DNA of 64,000 bases from Dicyema japonicum (lineage: Eukaryota > Animalia > Dicyemida), in the NCBI GenBank assembly GCA_011109175.1, contig RDEW01000009.1, forward strand, positions 1,444,950-1,508,949, in the 5' to 3' direction. A model generated the notes under the pieces. That model saw only the letters and a list, made by a program, of their open reading frames with translations. It was not told the origin of the DNA and did not search any database. This document shows, in pieces, positions 12,560 to 27,350 of this stretch. The position numbers and the translations under genes were made by a program. Position 1 is the stretch's first letter; every line of letters starts with the position of its first letter.

Positions 12560-14400
12560 CAACCGACTTCTACCCCGACAGTCTTCCCAAAAAATCCGTA
12601 AACAAAAGGTCATTTCTGAAGATATGTGCCAGATACTTTAGTGCGATTTTTAAAACCTCGAATAAGATTTTCGATATTTCCGCCAACCTTGCACATTTTC
12701 CTTCCAGCCATAGGGGAATTGGCATACGAGGACTTTTCCTGTTAGCAAGCTTTAAAGCAAAATTTCGCGTTTTCTCAAATTTCCGGCTCGAGCTTTAATT
12801 TTCTATCGCAGTAAAGAGCGTTCGTAGCTTTTTTTCGTATTTTAGCATGTTCCATAAAATTACCTCCCTCGTCAATTAGGAGGCCAAGGTATTTCATAGT
12901 CTTTTTCCGAGGTATGTCTTGTAACAAACTCTTTAGGTTAGCCATCCTTTTGCTTCCAGCTATCCTCAGCATGCTTTTCATGTGCCATCGAAAAGAAGTT
13001 TTCATTACACCACGCTTCGATCTGGTCCATGTACGTCTTCAATCGTTTCTCAGATATCAAAGGGCTTAAAGAAACATCATAAATTATGACGTCATTAGCG
13101 TATATAAAGATTTCTGTAAGTGGGTTTTTCTGGGGAAGGCAATTCACTCATTACAATGTTAAATAATAGAGGACTGAGCACTGAACCTGAGGTACACCTC
13201 TTCTCAACCAAATTTTGCGAGATTCATACTTTAAAAAATAACAATTGACCGTCTATCCGAGAGCAAACTTTGTATCCAAAAATAAAGTTCCATTTCAACA
13301 CCACATTTCGTAAGACAAATAAGAAGACCAAGATGCCACACACTGTCAAAAGCTTTGGATATATCGAGGCAGACTGCAGTCAAACATCCTTTAGTTTCCA
13401 ATGCCTTCATAATTGACGCGTTGACACTGAACAAAAAATCTCCACAAGACCGATTTTTTCGAAAACCCCACTGATGCTCTTTTTGTATATCATTACGTTC
13501 TATATTTTCAGAAAGTCTGTTGAATACAATCCTTTCCATAACTCTTGAGATCGTTGGTATAAGGCTTATGGGCTTATAACTAGTTGTTAAGTACCCAGGT
13601 TTCCAGATTTACGTATCAGCCTACGGTCATGCGGATCAGGACATCGACGTAGTTTGTTTTCAAGCATTGTTTTTTTTCAAAGGGACTATAACATTTTTTG
13701 GTGTCAATGGAGAATTCTTGTTAACCGAATAGACTTTATTCGCATATATTTCTATGTACGATTAAAAAACAATTAGAGAGTCACTCGAACTCTCAAGATC
13801 CAACTTGGAAGACTCCGGATTACAAAAATTCCCAAAACGTTCCAAATATATAGCAATGCTTTTCCGGTAATGGTCCCAGTTTATACTTGTCAGATCATAG
13901 CGTACTAGAGCAGGCTTGACTTCTAAAGGAGTTAGGTTGAGTTTATAAAGGATTGGTAGATGATCACTACCAATATCACCAAGCGTAATCGGTCGTTCCA
14001 AAAATTGATGAACAGATTCCGATATTAACGCCATTCCCAAATAATCCCAGCAACTTGGAGAATAGTGATTCTGGGTCGAGGACATTACAACAGAAAACTT
14101 GGAAGACACATACATATCTTTCAAAACAAGACCATCTCTGTTCGTCCCCAAACAACCAAACGAAATATCTTTAGAGTTTAAGTTCGATAAGATAAGGATG
14201 CGAAGATAATTTTTTAGAATACATTCCTCCAATTTTCATCCACATATTTTTACTCGTACTTCCAGGGAAACAAACTCACACAATTCTTGGGATATGATCT
14301 TAGGTTACGAACCCTTAGATTTAGTCAGTAGAACAAAGATGTACCCGTTCCTGCAACCGAACCAGATTTCCATTTAATATCAAGAGAACAATATCCCTCA
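12560..14400 (-). mobile_element. Degenerate APE-RT LINE (jockey/I/CR1-like)
   Basis: DIGSDHLPILY (APE), HQWGFRKNRSC, DISKAFDSVWH, IYANDVII, MKYLGLLID. Confidence 0.75.
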
Positions 14401-15129
14401 AGTTGAAAATTATCCTCACTCTTTAACTTTGTTTCATTAACAATTAATATATCAACGGGATTGGTGGATAGCATATGCACAATCTCAGAACGCCTTCTCT
14501 TTAGGATCGGCGTTCAGCGCAATGATAGTAAGAACAAACTTCATACTTGTAGAACCTCTGCCTCTCCAAAAAAGAGTGCCAACAGGTTCCTGACGTCAAA
14601 TCCTTTTTCGGAACAAATATAAACTAGTTTTCCAACAGCATTTATCAATTCCATGTCTGTAACTGGGCTTTTTACCAGATTAGGAGTACCGACAGTAATC
14701 TTTTTGTCCATGTAATTGGTAACAATGTTCGTATTGTCAGAGGTTTGGTTAGTATCCACGGTCGGCATTTTCCGTTTATTTGGGTTGAAAAATCACATTT
14801 TATGGGGTGTGTAGATTTTCTCCATACACTTTCAACAGCCTCAGCTTTAACCCACTTAACGGGTCGAACGCGACGCTCCCAGAGATCTGACAGGTGTATC
14901 TAATTCTGTTGAGAAGTTGGAGGTGGCCAGGACAAGAGATGAGGTAGCCCGTCTTCTGATCGTCAAAAAATGACCTGTAAAGTTACCAGAGGAGGTTTTC
15001 ATGTAGGTCACCTGGTCGTGAAGAACATTACCTGCATTTTAGCGAACAGACTCAACTTATCCCCATTACCAAACAACTACCAAATAGTTTGCTTGGTAAT
15101 GGCTATGAGATGACAGCCAAGCTACCGTT

Positions 15130-15740
15130 CCCAGATTTCTTTAATTTTTATTTTATTTAACAACCCAAAACCACAGTAAAACTAAACTAATTATCACGTG
15201 ATCCCGATGCATTCTAACAGTGACCTCATCTTTGCCAGGTGTTCTTCAGTTGTACCCGCGCATGAACGTACTGAACGGATAACTAATTTTTCAGGGCCAC
15301 ATTACTGTGATCCGGAGTCTACAAATTCTTTTCGTTTTGTAACAACTACTGTGTTAATGGAATAAAGTCAATTGCTTTATTTGTAAAGATATTCAAAAAT
15401 TTTGGGTGGCTTTTAACATTTGCTCGGGACTGTAGTCTCATAAAAGTTTCCAGAGGCGTCGGTCCGGTTCAGTGATCTTCACAAATTCAATGTTCCGTTA
15501 CTTTGTAAACCCTTTTTTGCATTTACTCAAATTTCTTTTATTTGTCCAAGATATGGACGGTCTCCACAAGGCGCATGCATATGAGAAGCATTGTTTGTAC
15601 ACGTTCATCAGGACCGGGTGAGTACCACTGTTCCTTATTCCCAATAAACCTTTCATACGTTCAGTTTCTTCTAGTATTTCAATAGAATGTTTTCTATATG
15701 TGGTGTCAAACATCGATGCATATCAATTGTCACACGCAAG
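15130..15740 (-). mobile_element. jockey/I-like LINE 3' fragment
   Basis: MFDT..CFSYACALW homologous to the 47985 element; ends GGGATCACGTGA plus a TTGGGTT/A-rich tail. Confidence 0.65.
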
Positions 15741-15779
15741 ATCCTTTGACATCTGTTGAAAGGGACTTTTAATCGTGGT

Positions 15780-16580
15780 GATTTATTTATTTTATTTATT
15801 TAACCCAAGAACACCAATAGTTAATTTAATTGTATTAAACTAATTAGGTGATCCTGGCCGCCTCAATGAATTGTTTATGTAGTAGTTTTAATGCTGGGAA
15901 AGGGGTTCTGATGCCACCAAAAATAGATTTGATCAAACCAAGCTTTCTTGAGCAGGTTCCGGAAATATATTCGACATGAGGGGAGAAGGTCATGTGCGTG
16001 TCAAAGGCGACTCCTAAGATTTTCAATTTCTTCGTAATAGGTATTTTAGTTTGATTGATAAATAAATCAACGGTCATTCTTCCAAGACGTTTGTCTGAGG
16101 TAAATAGGGATGTGGAGGACTTCTCAGGAGATATATCAAGTCTGTTGGAGATTAACCAATTTTTGAATCACGTGTAGTTGTTTTTGAACTCTTTCTGAGG
16201 CTTTTAGGAGATCCTGGTCACGGGATCCAATTAGAATGTCATCAGCATAGAAGAGGAGAAGATCGTCTTTATCAACTGATCGTGGCAAATCGGACATAAA
16301 AAGGTTGAATAAGGCGGGGGACAAAGGAGAGCCTTGCGGAACACCATTGGGAAGTAGTCTCGAAAGTGATTTGGTCCTATCCATACAAACCCGGGCCCTT
16401 TTCCCGCTGAGGAAATTCGAAAGCCAGAGTTTTAGATTGGGGTTAATGGAGAGTCCAAATAATTTCCTGGTTAAGATTTTCCTGGAGACAGAGTCAAAGG
16501 CTTTACGCAGATTTACAGAGCAGACGATGGTTTTGAGGTGACGAGGAGTTGAGTTGAAGCCATCAAGGATAAATTGATTG
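15780..16580 (-). mobile_element. 5'-truncated copy of the LINE at 47985-49810 with a 339-nt internal deletion
   Basis: Near-identical to about 48690-49805 (GVPQGSPLSP, FYADDILI); (TAAA)n tail. Confidence 0.85.
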
Positions 16581-16676
16581 GTGATGTTGCAATTGTTATA
16601 TTTTTATTATTATTATTTGATTTTAAATAATAAAATTAAAACGTGATTATTAATACTCTTGTGGGTTACTGTTGTG

Positions 16677-17190
16677 ATGGTTTTCTAATTTTTGTTATAA
16701 GCATAGTCTGAGAAAACTGCACCCAAGAAACGTACGTTCCAGCGATTTAAATACAGAGGATATAGTGTTGACCAATTGCTTGAAATGAGCAAGACAGAAT
16801 TTGCTGATCTTTGTTCATCCAGAATTCGTCGTCACCTTAGAGATGTGCGGGAAATCGTCAGGAGAATAAGCTCTCTCTAAACTAGCCAAATCCAAAAGAG
16901 AAGCACCTGAGCACGAAAAGCCCAACGTATAGTGAGGAACCATAATTTAAGATCGTGAAGACACATTTACGTAATATTGTGGTGACTCCCGTCATGATTG
17001 GGTCTTGTGTTGGCGTCTACAATGGAAAAAATTACAACAAAGTCGAGATTAAGGTTTCAAAATGTCTTATCTTCAGCCTGAGATGGTTGGTCATTATTTG
17101 GGAGAGTTTTCTATGACTTATAAACCTGTTCAGCATGGGAGACCAGGACATGGTGCCACTCATTCTTCGAGATTCATTCCTCTCAAATAA
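16677..17190 (+). CDS. RPS15: 40S ribosomal protein S15 (uS19)
   Basis: [61 protein letters not shown]; three mini-introns; apparent frameshift near 16838-16880. Confidence 0.95.
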
Positions 17191-17461
17191 TTTTCACTTT
17201 TTGAGTCATTTCTGTTTTTATTTCACGAATTATGTGTCTTTCTTGCTTAGTATCCACTTCCCACGGTCACAGAGTCCTTCCATTGTCACACAGATTTATC
17301 CAGAACTAACGGAATGGGGGAACATGTACACTCTTTGTTGAGCTTTCTGGTAGATATTGATTGGATCCAAAATATAAGAACGTTGAAGTATCTCATATTA
17401 GTCTGCTCCACCACCCACAATACTAGTCTCCCAATTCATTAAAATCAGAAAAATTCAAAAA

Positions 17462-18904
<1,443 letters not shown>

Positions 18905-19791
18905 ATTTTTTAAGTTAATCTACGTTAACCCCAGTTTGTGATTATTTTAAAAGTTATTTTGATTATGGATGTCATCCATTTTTTAATTAACTTCAAATAA
19001 TTTTATTAAATTATTCCAAACTATCTCCAACTCCTCGGGATACTTACATCCGGTGGTTTCCATGATATCCCCGACACTGATTTTGAAGCATAAAAAAGAA
19101 TACCTATCAGTGCTGAAAAGTGATATCTTCAAAAAACGGAAATTGAATCACTCAGCTTTAGATCTTTTTAGTGTTCGTTTGGTTGATACATAGAAAAAGA
19201 TTTATCCAATTATAATCCTAGCGTCATCTCTCATCTTTACCCCAATTTCTCTACCAGTGCACAAATTTGCGGTTTCAGAGGAGATAACAGCTTTGTTGAA
19301 ACCGTGTCACGACTGAGAAATTATAATAGTAAAACATCACCTTCATGACAAAAACTTAACTAAAGGGGTTGAATAGACTCAATAAGTGGAAGCTGTCACC
19401 ATTAGGAAATATGTGGTTATGGCAGGTCTTTACTCTCACGTAGTCGCAACCAAGAAAGTGTTCCTAAACAACTGAGTCATCTGGTACGTCGACAGCATTT
19501 AATTACTTTACTTTGGTAGAGCATTTAGCTATTAATTTATCAAACGATTGATCCGATATAACACAGCCCTATCACTTAACATCTTCTGATAGATAGAACC
19601 CTTCTTCACTTATCTTAATGGCTTAGTAAACATCGAAAACCCTATCTTTTTGATATCAGGAACCATTGAGTGCGCCAGTGTCTGTGTTAAGTCCAGGTCC
19701 ACCTTGGGGGAACTGAGATAAGACCATAAAAGTAAATAAAAGACAAGCAACAGAAACGAATCAAAAACCAAATAAGTAAAAAGAAGCTAAA

Positions 19792-21355
19792 CTACTCCAC
19801 CTCCACATCAATGGTGGAATAATGCTCATAGAAAGTCTAAAAAACTTCAACATACTCAACCTTGAAAAATTTATAGTAAATCTCAATACTATCAGTAGCA
19901 CACATTTCTCTGATGGAATGCATGGACAACTGAGGCACCCCCAAATCCACTGTTTTCACTCCAAGTCCAGTCGACAATATTGGTCCAATAGTACTCCCAC
20001 ACGGAGAGTCATTCCTCACAACAATTTCCTATAGAATATGGCAAACACATACGGAACAGGGTACTTGAGCCATCATGGCAACTTCTCTGGCAATTGCTGC
20101 AGTTATAGCGGTTGTAGCATATCTCTGGTTAGCATTGTATTTTATGACAATCCCCTTTTATAAAATAAAATAATAAAAAATAAAATACAGCATTCAGTCC
20201 CGGCCTATGAAGAGCCTCGTGCTTCTCACTGTAGTTGGGATGTACTCCATGGACCATATCCGCCGAGACAAGAAAAGATTTGGCAAGAGTTTCCTCCAAA
20301 GCAACTGGAGAAGAATTTGAACCAAAAGAATGGCAGATTCTCTTCATAATTGACTCTAAAAGTCGAGACCCCGCTCCCTGCACCGAGTCTGACCCAACTT
20401 CCTCGTTGTCAAAAAGTGCCACCATTCGGATTGTACTATCCCCGCAAGACTTCCACAAGAAGAGACAAATCCCTAGCCTCCATCAAATTAATACCTTTAC
20501 TGAACAGAAGCATGTGGCTAAATTATCTAGCCTGGGAGCGAAAATTAGTTCCTTGCGAGTTCCCCCCAAAGCCGACGGCTGTGCATCTGCCAGAACAAGG
20601 TCCATATCATACAAAGATTCCTCGGAAACAGACAAAGCGGCAGAAACGAGTTTCTTCACGGAATCCACCATTTCTCCTTCCAGTCCCAAAACCGGTACTC
20701 TAGCGTTTTAAATGATCACTCACAAATTGGTCTCCTTGTTGAATTCAAATTTATCGTAAATTCCTCTATCAAGGTGAATGGCCAGCAAAGGAATCCTAAG
20801 CAGATTGTCAAGTTGCACCAGTCTGTGCTTGAGTTTATCATTTTCCTAGCAATCAGTGATTTTGTTGCCTTGATGATGACCCTTCCAGCTATTTTGAGGT
20901 CCCTGTCGAACCAGGAAGGCCAGATTCCCCCACCGTAGCATTCGCATTTAACCAGGTTATAACCTGCGGAAACGATGCTGTTTTTAGGTTTAACTTTTAA
21001 GCAAGGACTGTCCGTGTGAGCCCCCACAATGGCAAATCCGTTTCCGGGAGTGAATTTTCCACCGACGGCAAACGCGATTATTGACGAAAAGTTGTTTGTT
21101 ACAAAATACTGCATAAAAAACGAAACTACTTTTTTGTTTGGACTGAGATTCCACTGAGATTTTTCCAGTAACTGGGTAAATCCGTCGTTAACTAACATAC
21201 TTTTAATTTCATTGACGGCTATGAAATGTTTATTAATATTTACCATGGAATGGAGAAGGTGAGTTATCTATAAACTTGAGAAAATCAGGAGGACTGCTCA
21301 TTTTACACGTTCGTACTAATGAAATTTTAGAATGCTTTAAAATTAGGTTCGCCAT
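19792..21355 (-). CDS. DNPEP: Aspartyl aminopeptidase (M18)
   Basis: [75 protein letters not shown]; 8 mini-introns including one GC-AG. Confidence 0.95.
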
Positions 21356-21679
21356 GCTAATTTGATAAATTGTTTAATTTTTAAATTTTAAATAACTATA
21401 AATTTTGTAATAATTAAAATAAGCACTATTTTTGAATTTTGGTAATTTTAAAGTTTTTTGCCATTAAAGTAATTGAATTTCATGTTTTAGTTTTCTCCAT
21501 TCGCATAAGCACGTGATCTTTTGCTTAATGTATATTTATGACTTTAATATTGGCATTCTGAATTTTAATTATTTGTGACCTTTGAGTCTCCCGTATTATG
21601 TTAATTAAAATTTCGATTAATTTACTATTTTTATCATATTGAAGAGACCTCTTGAGAGTATTCTAATTAACATAAGTAT

Positions 21680-22090
21680 GGATTAAGAGTTAATCTCTGC
21701 TTTCAATAAAATAGTGGTACATGCATGTAGTATTGCGAAATATCTTAATGGATGTGAGAGGATGTGAGACAATTGATTTGAGATAACCCAGGAATCACAA
21801 GAAAGAGGACAAGAGTTAACGTCTATGTTAAGTGATCCCGGTTTCCATATCAGGTTTTCTCTTGCGTTTAGTTCTGGAGTCATAGATTCTTCTCGTATAT
21901 GGAGCAGGCATCCAGATATAGTTTGTTTTCCGGCCAGAGGGGATGTTCAGGAGACTTGCCCATCTTGAGGAAGTTTCGGTGGCGTTCCGTAAGGTATTCC
22001 ATGATTGGGAGAAGTTTATTGTTCTCAGTAGTAACGATTTGGGTGTTTTTTTTCGACGATCTCAATAATATTCTGAGACATCGGTTTTGT
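21680..22090 (-). mobile_element. LINE 3' fragment related to 40290-40610
   Basis: VQNRCLRILLR..RHRNFLKMGKSPEHPL; similar C-terminal text at 40330-40560. Confidence 0.55.
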
Positions 22091-22258
22091 ACCACTTCCA
22101 GTTTGCTTTTTGCCGATAGTGATAGCGAAGCAATTCATGCAAAGCTACAAAGGGAGGTCGAAACAACGAGGATCATCTGTGTCAGTTCATATTTTGGGGG
22201 TTGTCAAAGTATGTAAAAAGGATTTTATTCATAATATTGTAATAATGTTAATATTTAT

Positions 22259-22445
22259 ATACCCCTCGTTGTTGAGACAACGGGAGGAATAAGCGGGAAA
22301 TCGCTTCGTTTCCTAAAGAAACTTGGACGCCTAGTTAATTAAAAAGCCACGACGCTCGTGAGACTCAGTGGCTTTTCCAGTTGATCTCTGTTACGATCGC
22401 GTGAGGCAACTCAACGTCGATTATGTCGGCGGGGACTATTTTTGA
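22259..22445 (+). mobile_element. Short 3' fragment of the CRE family at 5090-8006
   Basis: Highly similar to the reverse complement of about 5145-5330 (VETTGGISGKSLRFLKKLGRL). Confidence 0.8.
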
Positions 22446-23124
22446 TTGATTTTTGTGTTTTTAAAAATACTCCTACTAAGAAAAAACTCACACTTCCTCA
22501 TTCCTCAAACAGAATGTACTCTATATCAACATGGAGACATTGAATAATAGAATATTTTTTTAAGATTAACAATTTTTGTTCATCCTATATTATTTATGGA
22601 TTTAAAGATTCAAACATGAAATCTCATAAATCATCGGAAATTAACACAAATTAGTAATTTGAAATAAGCTTTTATGTGAGAATCCTGAACAGCTCTTCTC
22701 ATTGGACATGGCATCGGCTCAAAATGACAAGCAATAGGATATCCAACGCCTTATTATGGATATTTCTAACCCATATTCTTGGCCTCTTCAAACGACAATG
22801 GGCTGAATGGAAAACTAAAGAAGAATGAGATGAAAGAAGCACTCTGAAAAACTTAAATAATCAGTCTTGAAATAGCAGGTATAAGATCAAGTGGACCTAT
22901 GTGGTTAATTTCTTAGCAGATTATAATAACTAATTTGACCCCCAAAGATCAGGTACTACTATGATGACTAGGGCAAGTTGTTTCTAGCACTTAAAAAAAT
23001 TTTTTTAGCGCTAAAAAATCACAAAATCTAGCAATTATAATTAAAAAATGATAAAATCTAGCATTTAAATTTGTCAAATCTATAACTTAAAATAATAAAA
23101 TATAACATTTAAATTTTATTTGGA

Positions 23125-23550
23125 AGAATGAAATTGTCAGGCGAGCTATGGATGCCGCTGGATACTCGGCCATTCTTGAACCGGACGGGATGACCATATT
23201 TCCATTTGAGGCCGGGAAACCACTGGTTTGGGATGTGACATGTACAGACACGTTCGCCCAGAAAAATCTTCACGAGAGTGCTACAAGGGCCTGTTCAGCA
23301 TCCGTAAAGGCGGAGAAGGCCAAACTTGTTAAATAAGTCGACCTTCCGATGATGTCAAATTTGTTCCCCTTGCTATGGAGACTTCCGGATCCTACTCCCC
23401 CTCTACACTCGAGTTTCTCGGACGTCTTGGAAACCGGATCACCTCATGCACTGGAGATCTCCGTGAACGCCGCTGGCTATTTGAGCGAATTTCGCTCGCA
23501 ATTTTGAGAAGGAACAGCCACGCAGTGAGGGCGGCAACTACCTGACTTCT
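23125..23550 (+). mobile_element. CRE endonuclease (RLE) 3' fragment
   Basis: PDGMTIFPFEAGKPLVWDVTC..METSGS..LGRLGNRI..RRWLFERISLAI. Confidence 0.8.
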
Positions 23551-23829
23551 ATTGTTTAAATGTCCTTTCATCACTTAAAAATGGGATTTTTTCAATTTTA
23601 TTTATTGTAATATAATAAAAATTAATGCCTGATATTGTCTGGATGGAAGTTCCTATCTTTTTTTTAAATATTTTTTAGCATTTTAATTGCTCTTTCAACA
23701 GATGCATAGGATGCCTGACAGCGTGAAAGAGAAAAATAATCTTGTTAGCTAATTTTTGGTTCAGTCATTTCAATAATAAGTTTAAATCCATTTTCCTCCA
23801 TTCTTTTATTTATATAATTTTTGATATTT

Positions 23830-24500
23830 GCCTTGTCATTATCAAAATGTAGTTTTTGTATAATAGTAATCTTCCATCATCTGATTGCAAGGAATCACTT
23901 CGTCCATTCTCAGAACATGTCCGATAAGTAGCCAGCGTGAGGTAATTACTTCTCTGCTTGTCGGTTTGCATTTACATAATTTGTAGAGAGTGTCTTTTTT
24001 GATAATCTGTGGCCATTTAATTCCCGCAATTTTTCTCAATTGATTTCTATGAAATGTGTCTAGTCAGTCACGGTCCGTTTTTGATGTTCCCCATGTTCCC
24101 GAGTTATATAATAGGACTGGTTGTATGAACGCGCTATATAAGCGCATCCGAAGATTTAAGGAAATAAGTTTTCTGCGAGTCCAAATACTCCACATCTTTT
24201 CGAAAAACATGTTGTAATCGACAATGTTTTTCGCAAAGTGGTCAAATGCACGATCGCCTTGAAATTTTCAATTGGACCTGCAGGTTTGCCAGGTTTTTGT
24301 AAAGGAAGTAGAACTCCCATCGCGATGTCAATTGAACAATGAGTCCTGAATATCTCGTTGAATGTGAAAGTTATCTTTTCTGCTAGCTGGGTTGGTGCGT
24401 ATTTTAACAACTCCTCACAAATATTGTCATAGCCAGCTGCTCTGTTGTTATTCAGTCGAAGGAGTGCTCCGCGTATTTCGGAATCCGTAAACACATTATT
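23830..24500 (-). mobile_element. RTE-like LINE fragment, internally deleted
   Basis: LNNNRAAGYDNICEELLKY, LLPLQKPGK, RWLLIGHVLRM. Confidence 0.7.
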
Positions 24501-24949
24501 AACTGCAATTTAAATTAGCAGTTAAACAAAAATTAGCATTTAAAATTAAAAATAGCACTTATAGCATTTATAATGTATGTTTATTTTAAATAAAATTAAA
24601 AAATAATTATTCCAAATTCAATCGTATATTTAAAAAAGTATAAAAAATAAAAATAGCATTTTAGCACTTAAATTGCCCTAATGATGACATATAAATCTTA
24701 TCTCCCTCGCCAAACCATCACATGAAATATCGATTGAGGGTTTTGCGCTTCTTTATCACAGATAAAAGTGGGCTAAAAATATGAATAGATTCTTCAATAA
24801 AATGCTGTTTGAGAAGAGTAAAAGAAAATATGAGAGCTAGGATCGCCTAAATTAGTAGTTACCTCTCAATATAATCAGACTTAGTTTCTGATAAAGCTAA
24901 TGTCTTGCTTTGGGGTCTCTTTTTTTAGTAAGGCGTTCTCTCTCCGTCA

Positions 24950-25350
24950 GCCTCGATTATAATCCTCTGTTGCGCGCTAGTTCTCTTAGGCAGTCCAGGT
25001 CATCCGCCGAAGTTGGTCTCATACTAACCGCCGATAAATCTTCATTCAAGATCGTCGGAAGAGTCGTTCTTGGCCTTCCCCGAAATCCGGCTCTTGTGTG
25101 TGCGAAGTAGTTGTCCATTGCGACATTTGCGGAGATCTGCTCATTTAGATGTAACACGTGGCCAAAGAGGCTCCATCTTGATTTAAAAATATCATCTGAC
25201 ACACCGGATTTGCATTTCATATATTTAATAATCCCAGATATACATTACTACGTCAACTGTGGTTCAGCTAAACATGCGAGTACTACTTGGGATGTCCTGT
25301 TGCCACAACTGCGTCAACCAATAAACACGTGACCATATGCCGTAAATTTG
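24950..25350 (-). mobile_element. RTE-like LINE 3' fragment
   Basis: RWSLFGHVLHL..FRGRPRTTLPTILNEDL. Confidence 0.7.
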
Positions 25351-25479
25351 AATATTAATCTGGAGATTGAGAGAACTCCGCACGTTTCCCTTGGATATAT
25401 TATAGGACGAGTGGATTGGAGACATAAGATGTTAGTTTCCTTAGGTATATATCGAGTTATGAAGAATATAACTAAGAAC

Positions 25480-26040
25480 AACTATATAATCATCTGAATG
25501 CACATGCTAGATGTTACCTGGATAAGAAATATCCAACTTTCTGAAAGTCCTACAAAAACATCATTCACAAAGACGTGGGGTCAAATGTCGTCGTATAAGA
25601 AAAATCTGGTCGACTGTTAACACAAGATGTAGTAACTATATTCCGCCATCAGTTGAACCAGACAAGTCCTTCGATCACTGTGTCACATAAATATTATTTG
25701 TTTGGGTATCTGCAAGGCTTTCAACAATGTGCCATAAGGTTATGAAAAAAGTTTTGGAAAGCTAATATGCAGAATTGTCTGTATGACTAAATCAAAGCTT
25801 TCCTATGAAAAAAATTTCATGCATCTGAAGAGATTGTCTTGAAAAGAGCGAGTCTTTAAAGAATTCGTCCTGAGTCCGCTTTTCTTCAACATTTTCATGA
25901 CGGACTTTTTACACAGCCGAGATACGGCAATACAAAATTGATTTATGCCGATGACGTTTAGGTCTCAGATTTGTCCAAGGAACCAGAGTTTTCAGATAAA
26001 AGATTAAATACATGACATGAATTGATGGTAGTGGATAATG
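25480..26040 (+). mobile_element. Highly decayed LINE RT remnant
   Basis: ICKAFNNV, VLSPLFFNIFMTD and IYADDV recognisable across frameshifts. Confidence 0.5.
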
Positions 26041-26077
26041 AAAGGTCTGAATTTATCAACAAAAAAATAAGGTTATT

Positions 26078-26161
26078 CCGGTGTGGTGCAGTGTCATACG
26101 TGCTGATGGTTTCGAGTTCGAATCTGGCTGTTGTACTTTCAGGCTCAGACTCGAATCTCGC
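26078..26161 (+). repeat. Degenerate tRNA-like SINE head
   Basis: A-box-like TGGTGCAGTG and B-box GAGTTCGAATC; resembles the SINE head at 55826; no intact cloverleaf. Confidence 0.4.
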
Positions 26162-26263
26162 GTATTTTGATTAATTTAATAAAATTTATTATTAATTTGA
26201 AAATAAATAATATTTACGATAATTAATAAAATTTAAAATTTTCGTTGATTAATTTGAATTTCA

Positions 26264-27350
26264 ATGATGAATGAAGAAGAATTAAAAGTAGTTTTTTATA
26301 CAAAGTCAAGACAATTGTCAGTTATTTGATCTCAATGACTCCCCGGCAGAGTTCAGTCCGATCTGCGAGGGTAATCTGTTCCTTAATGTAAGCAATTTCA
26401 ACTTTGAGGAAGAAAGAAAATTCCCTAAAATCTATTTTCAATGAGTAATCTTATTTATAGCATTTACAAAATTTTTCAATATTTTTTTTCAATTTGCATA
26501 ATTTATTTTAATTCACTTCCTAGTGTACTCATACCCTACCACCAACAGCAGTTCACTCAGATATCCCTAAGTGGAAACAAAAACAAGGTATTTTATAAAA
26601 AAATGGTTAATTTTAGGTTTTGTTAACTCCATTTAACTATATAACTGGGTCTGACCGTTATTTCGACCCCAGAACTAACAAGTCATTCAGGTATAAACAT
26701 AACTTGACCCTCAGTGTGGACAGTAACTCCCTCAAAACCAGCGATGTGAAATTAGAGAATTCTGAAGTCGTCGAACCCTACCATTCGAAAATTTACGAAG
26801 AGTTGGACATCATTATTGCAAATTACTATAACGACGGAGAATCACTAGTAGTCAGCAGCAGAACTGAAGATCTTGTGAAACTCAACATTTGTTTAGAAAG
26901 CCACCTCTTCCAGGGGTCAAAATTTACGTACTTTAACTTACAATTCAGGAATGCGAAAATGAGGTGTCTATGTAAAGTGGAAATTGATGAGAGTAAAAAC
27001 ACAGCTCAACTAAATATGGTATCAAGGTTCAGGTAATCCTCCCATTAATTTGAGACCCATATTTTCGAAACCGGAAACGTTCAGTTAATTTCCAATTCAA
27101 ATTATGAATTTTTAGTGGATGCTAAGGTGGTAATCAAGCTTATAGTTAGACCAAGGAAGAATTGGCAGTTAATATTGTTAGGAAAATAGAAGAGTGTGAA
27201 ACAGAATACAGCAGACAGGTGAATTCTGAGTTTTACACCATGTCCGAAAAAGTCTTCCGGTCACTCAGACGACCTCTTCCCATTAACAAAAGCCTTATCG
27301 ACTGGAAAAGCCTAACCTCTCACAAACTCATTCAAGAAATGAAAAAATAA
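26264..27350 (+). CDS. CAPZA: F-actin capping protein subunit alpha
   Basis: TPPAEF, RYFDPRTNKSF, CLESHLFQ, FETGNVQLIS, MSEKVFRSLRRPLP..IDW; 7 introns (18-79 nt); three apparent -1 homopolymer errors. Confidence 0.9.

Larger units (their letters stand above)
22969..24680. mobile_element. Non-autonomous hAT-type element (MITE-like) with nested retroelement fragments
   Basis: Termini TAGGGCAAGTT / AATTGCCCTA; perfect 8-bp TSD ATGATGAC (22961-22968, 24681-24688); about 10 subterminal TAGCA repeats. Confidence 0.8.

Noticed and set aside
16867-16869. In-frame TAA in RPS15 suggesting TAA reassignment
   Set aside because: TAA is the genuine stop of RPS15, CAPZA and ACTR1A; local indel errors explain it.
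26288-26305. Apparent 17-nt GT-AA intron in CAPZA
   Set aside because: A missing G in GG restores an ordinary GT-AG intron, and this gene has other -1 errors.
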